Positions 63,321 to 64,000 of a DNA stretch of 64,000 nucleotides are shown one piece after another. Within the stretch, counting starts at the first letter, position 1. Each line of letters opens with the position of its first letter. Location of the stretch: positions 640,001-704,000 of the forward strand of contig CAVYKI010000003.1 in assembly GCA_963769025.1 (NCBI GenBank), given 5' to 3'. Both the position numbers and the translations under genes were made by a program. The DNA is from an uncultured Verrucomicrobiae bacterium. Its GTDB lineage: Bacteria > Verrucomicrobiota > Verrucomicrobiia > Chthoniobacterales > Chthoniobacteraceae. The notes beneath the pieces are model-generated. The model had not been told where the DNA came from, made no database searches, and saw nothing but the letters and a program-made list of their open reading frames with translations.

Positions 63321-64000
63321 ATGGACACCCCAAGAACCGCCCCATCCCGATCCGAAAACGCCCCCCCCGGTCCCGAAACGCCGCCAACCCCCTTCGTCCG
63401 TCGCCTTCGCCGTCCCAAGGCGGTTGCGCTCGTGCTCGTCATCGTATTCGTAGTCCTGCTCAGCGGACTCATCGTCTCCTTCTTTGCGCGTGTCGCGACG
63501 GACCTCGGCTCCTCCCGCTCCTACGCCGAAGGCGTGGCGGTCCGGCAGTTGGCCGACTCCGCCGTGAGCGTCGTCATGGGCCAGATCCGTGCGGCCACGA
63601 GCCTGCCGAACGCCGCGTGGGCATCCCAGCCCGGGATGATCCGTACCTATCGCAGCGCGACCGGACAGCCCGGACCCGACGCGGCTGTGTTCTTCAAGCT
63701 CTACTCGTCAAACAACCTGACCCTCTCAGGCGCAGATATCGCGAATTTCGATCCGACCGTCACCGACCAATCCCTGTCCTCCAGCGCCGTCGAAGTCCCC
63801 CTCGGAATCGGCGGCTGGCGGCAGCAGCCGGCGTTTTTCACCGACCTCAATGAGCCGGTGGAAGTGGCTGACCCGGAAGCTGGGGCGGGCATCAGCAAGA
63901 CCATCAAACGTTACCCCATTTTCGACCCGTCGGTCGCCGCGATCTACAACCCCGGCAGCCGCCCCGCCAAACCCGCATGGAAGGTGGAAGGATGCGAAAT
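63321..64000 (+). CDS. Verru_Chthon cassette protein A (PilX-like N-terminus), runs off the window
   Basis: Absent from the ORF track because it has no stop. Reads MDTPR...KAVALVLVIVFVVLLSGLIVSFF...RQLADSAVSVVMGQIRAAT...AWASQPGMIRTY...FKLYSS...FTDLNEPV...RYPIFDP. Confidence 0.85.
   Translation, partial: MDTPRTAPSRSENAPPGPETPPTPFVRRLRRPKAVALVLVIVFVVLLSGLIVSFFARVATDLGSSRSYAEGVAVRQLADSAVSVVMGQIRAATSLPNAAWASQPGMIRTYRSATGQPGPDAAVFFKLYSSNNLTLSGADIANFDPTVTDQSLSSSAVEVPLGIGGWRQQPAFFTDLNEPVEVADPEAGAGISKTIKRYPIFDPSVAAIYNPGSRPAKPAWKVEGCE

Overview
GC-rich bacterial window, most consistent with a Chthoniobacter-like Verrucomicrobiota genome. Support for this: a Verru_Chthon cassette protein A at the right edge, a giant PEP-CTERM/autotransporter-repeat protein, DUF1080/DUF4838 proteins and GAAATCN heptamer repeats. 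Many genes are split by single-base frameshifts, probably long-read errors. Contents in order: (1) a sugar/cyclitol operon (DUF4432, PfkB kinase, ribose-type ABC transporter) with an embedded, substrate-divergent shikimate-dehydrogenase homologue; (2) dehydrogenases, DUF1080, SelO and an SDR; (3) a two-gene island at 11.1-16.0 kb encoding a secreted tail-fibre-like protein with a C-terminal S74 autocleaving chaperone, followed by a secreted protein with four apparent histone folds fused to an FG-GAP/ASPIC-UnbV beta-propeller (best candidate for a little-characterised system); (4) acid-sugar dehydrogenases and pntAA-AB-B; (5) decayed gene remnants (YcaO, GltD-like, MoxR with an inverted DUF58 tail); (6) an NhaR-like regulator divergent from a yugP-hpf-TMEM14-terC-usp stress operon; (7) a sigma54-type two-component system opposite a TonB-dependent receptor; (8) GH5, aldolase and DUF4838 genes; (9) a ~13.4 kb PEP-CTERM surface-protein gene, a NarL-type two-component pair and the start of a Verru_Chthon cassette. 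No rRNA, tRNA, CRISPR array, integrase or transposase was recognised. All family assignments are by motif recognition, not database search.
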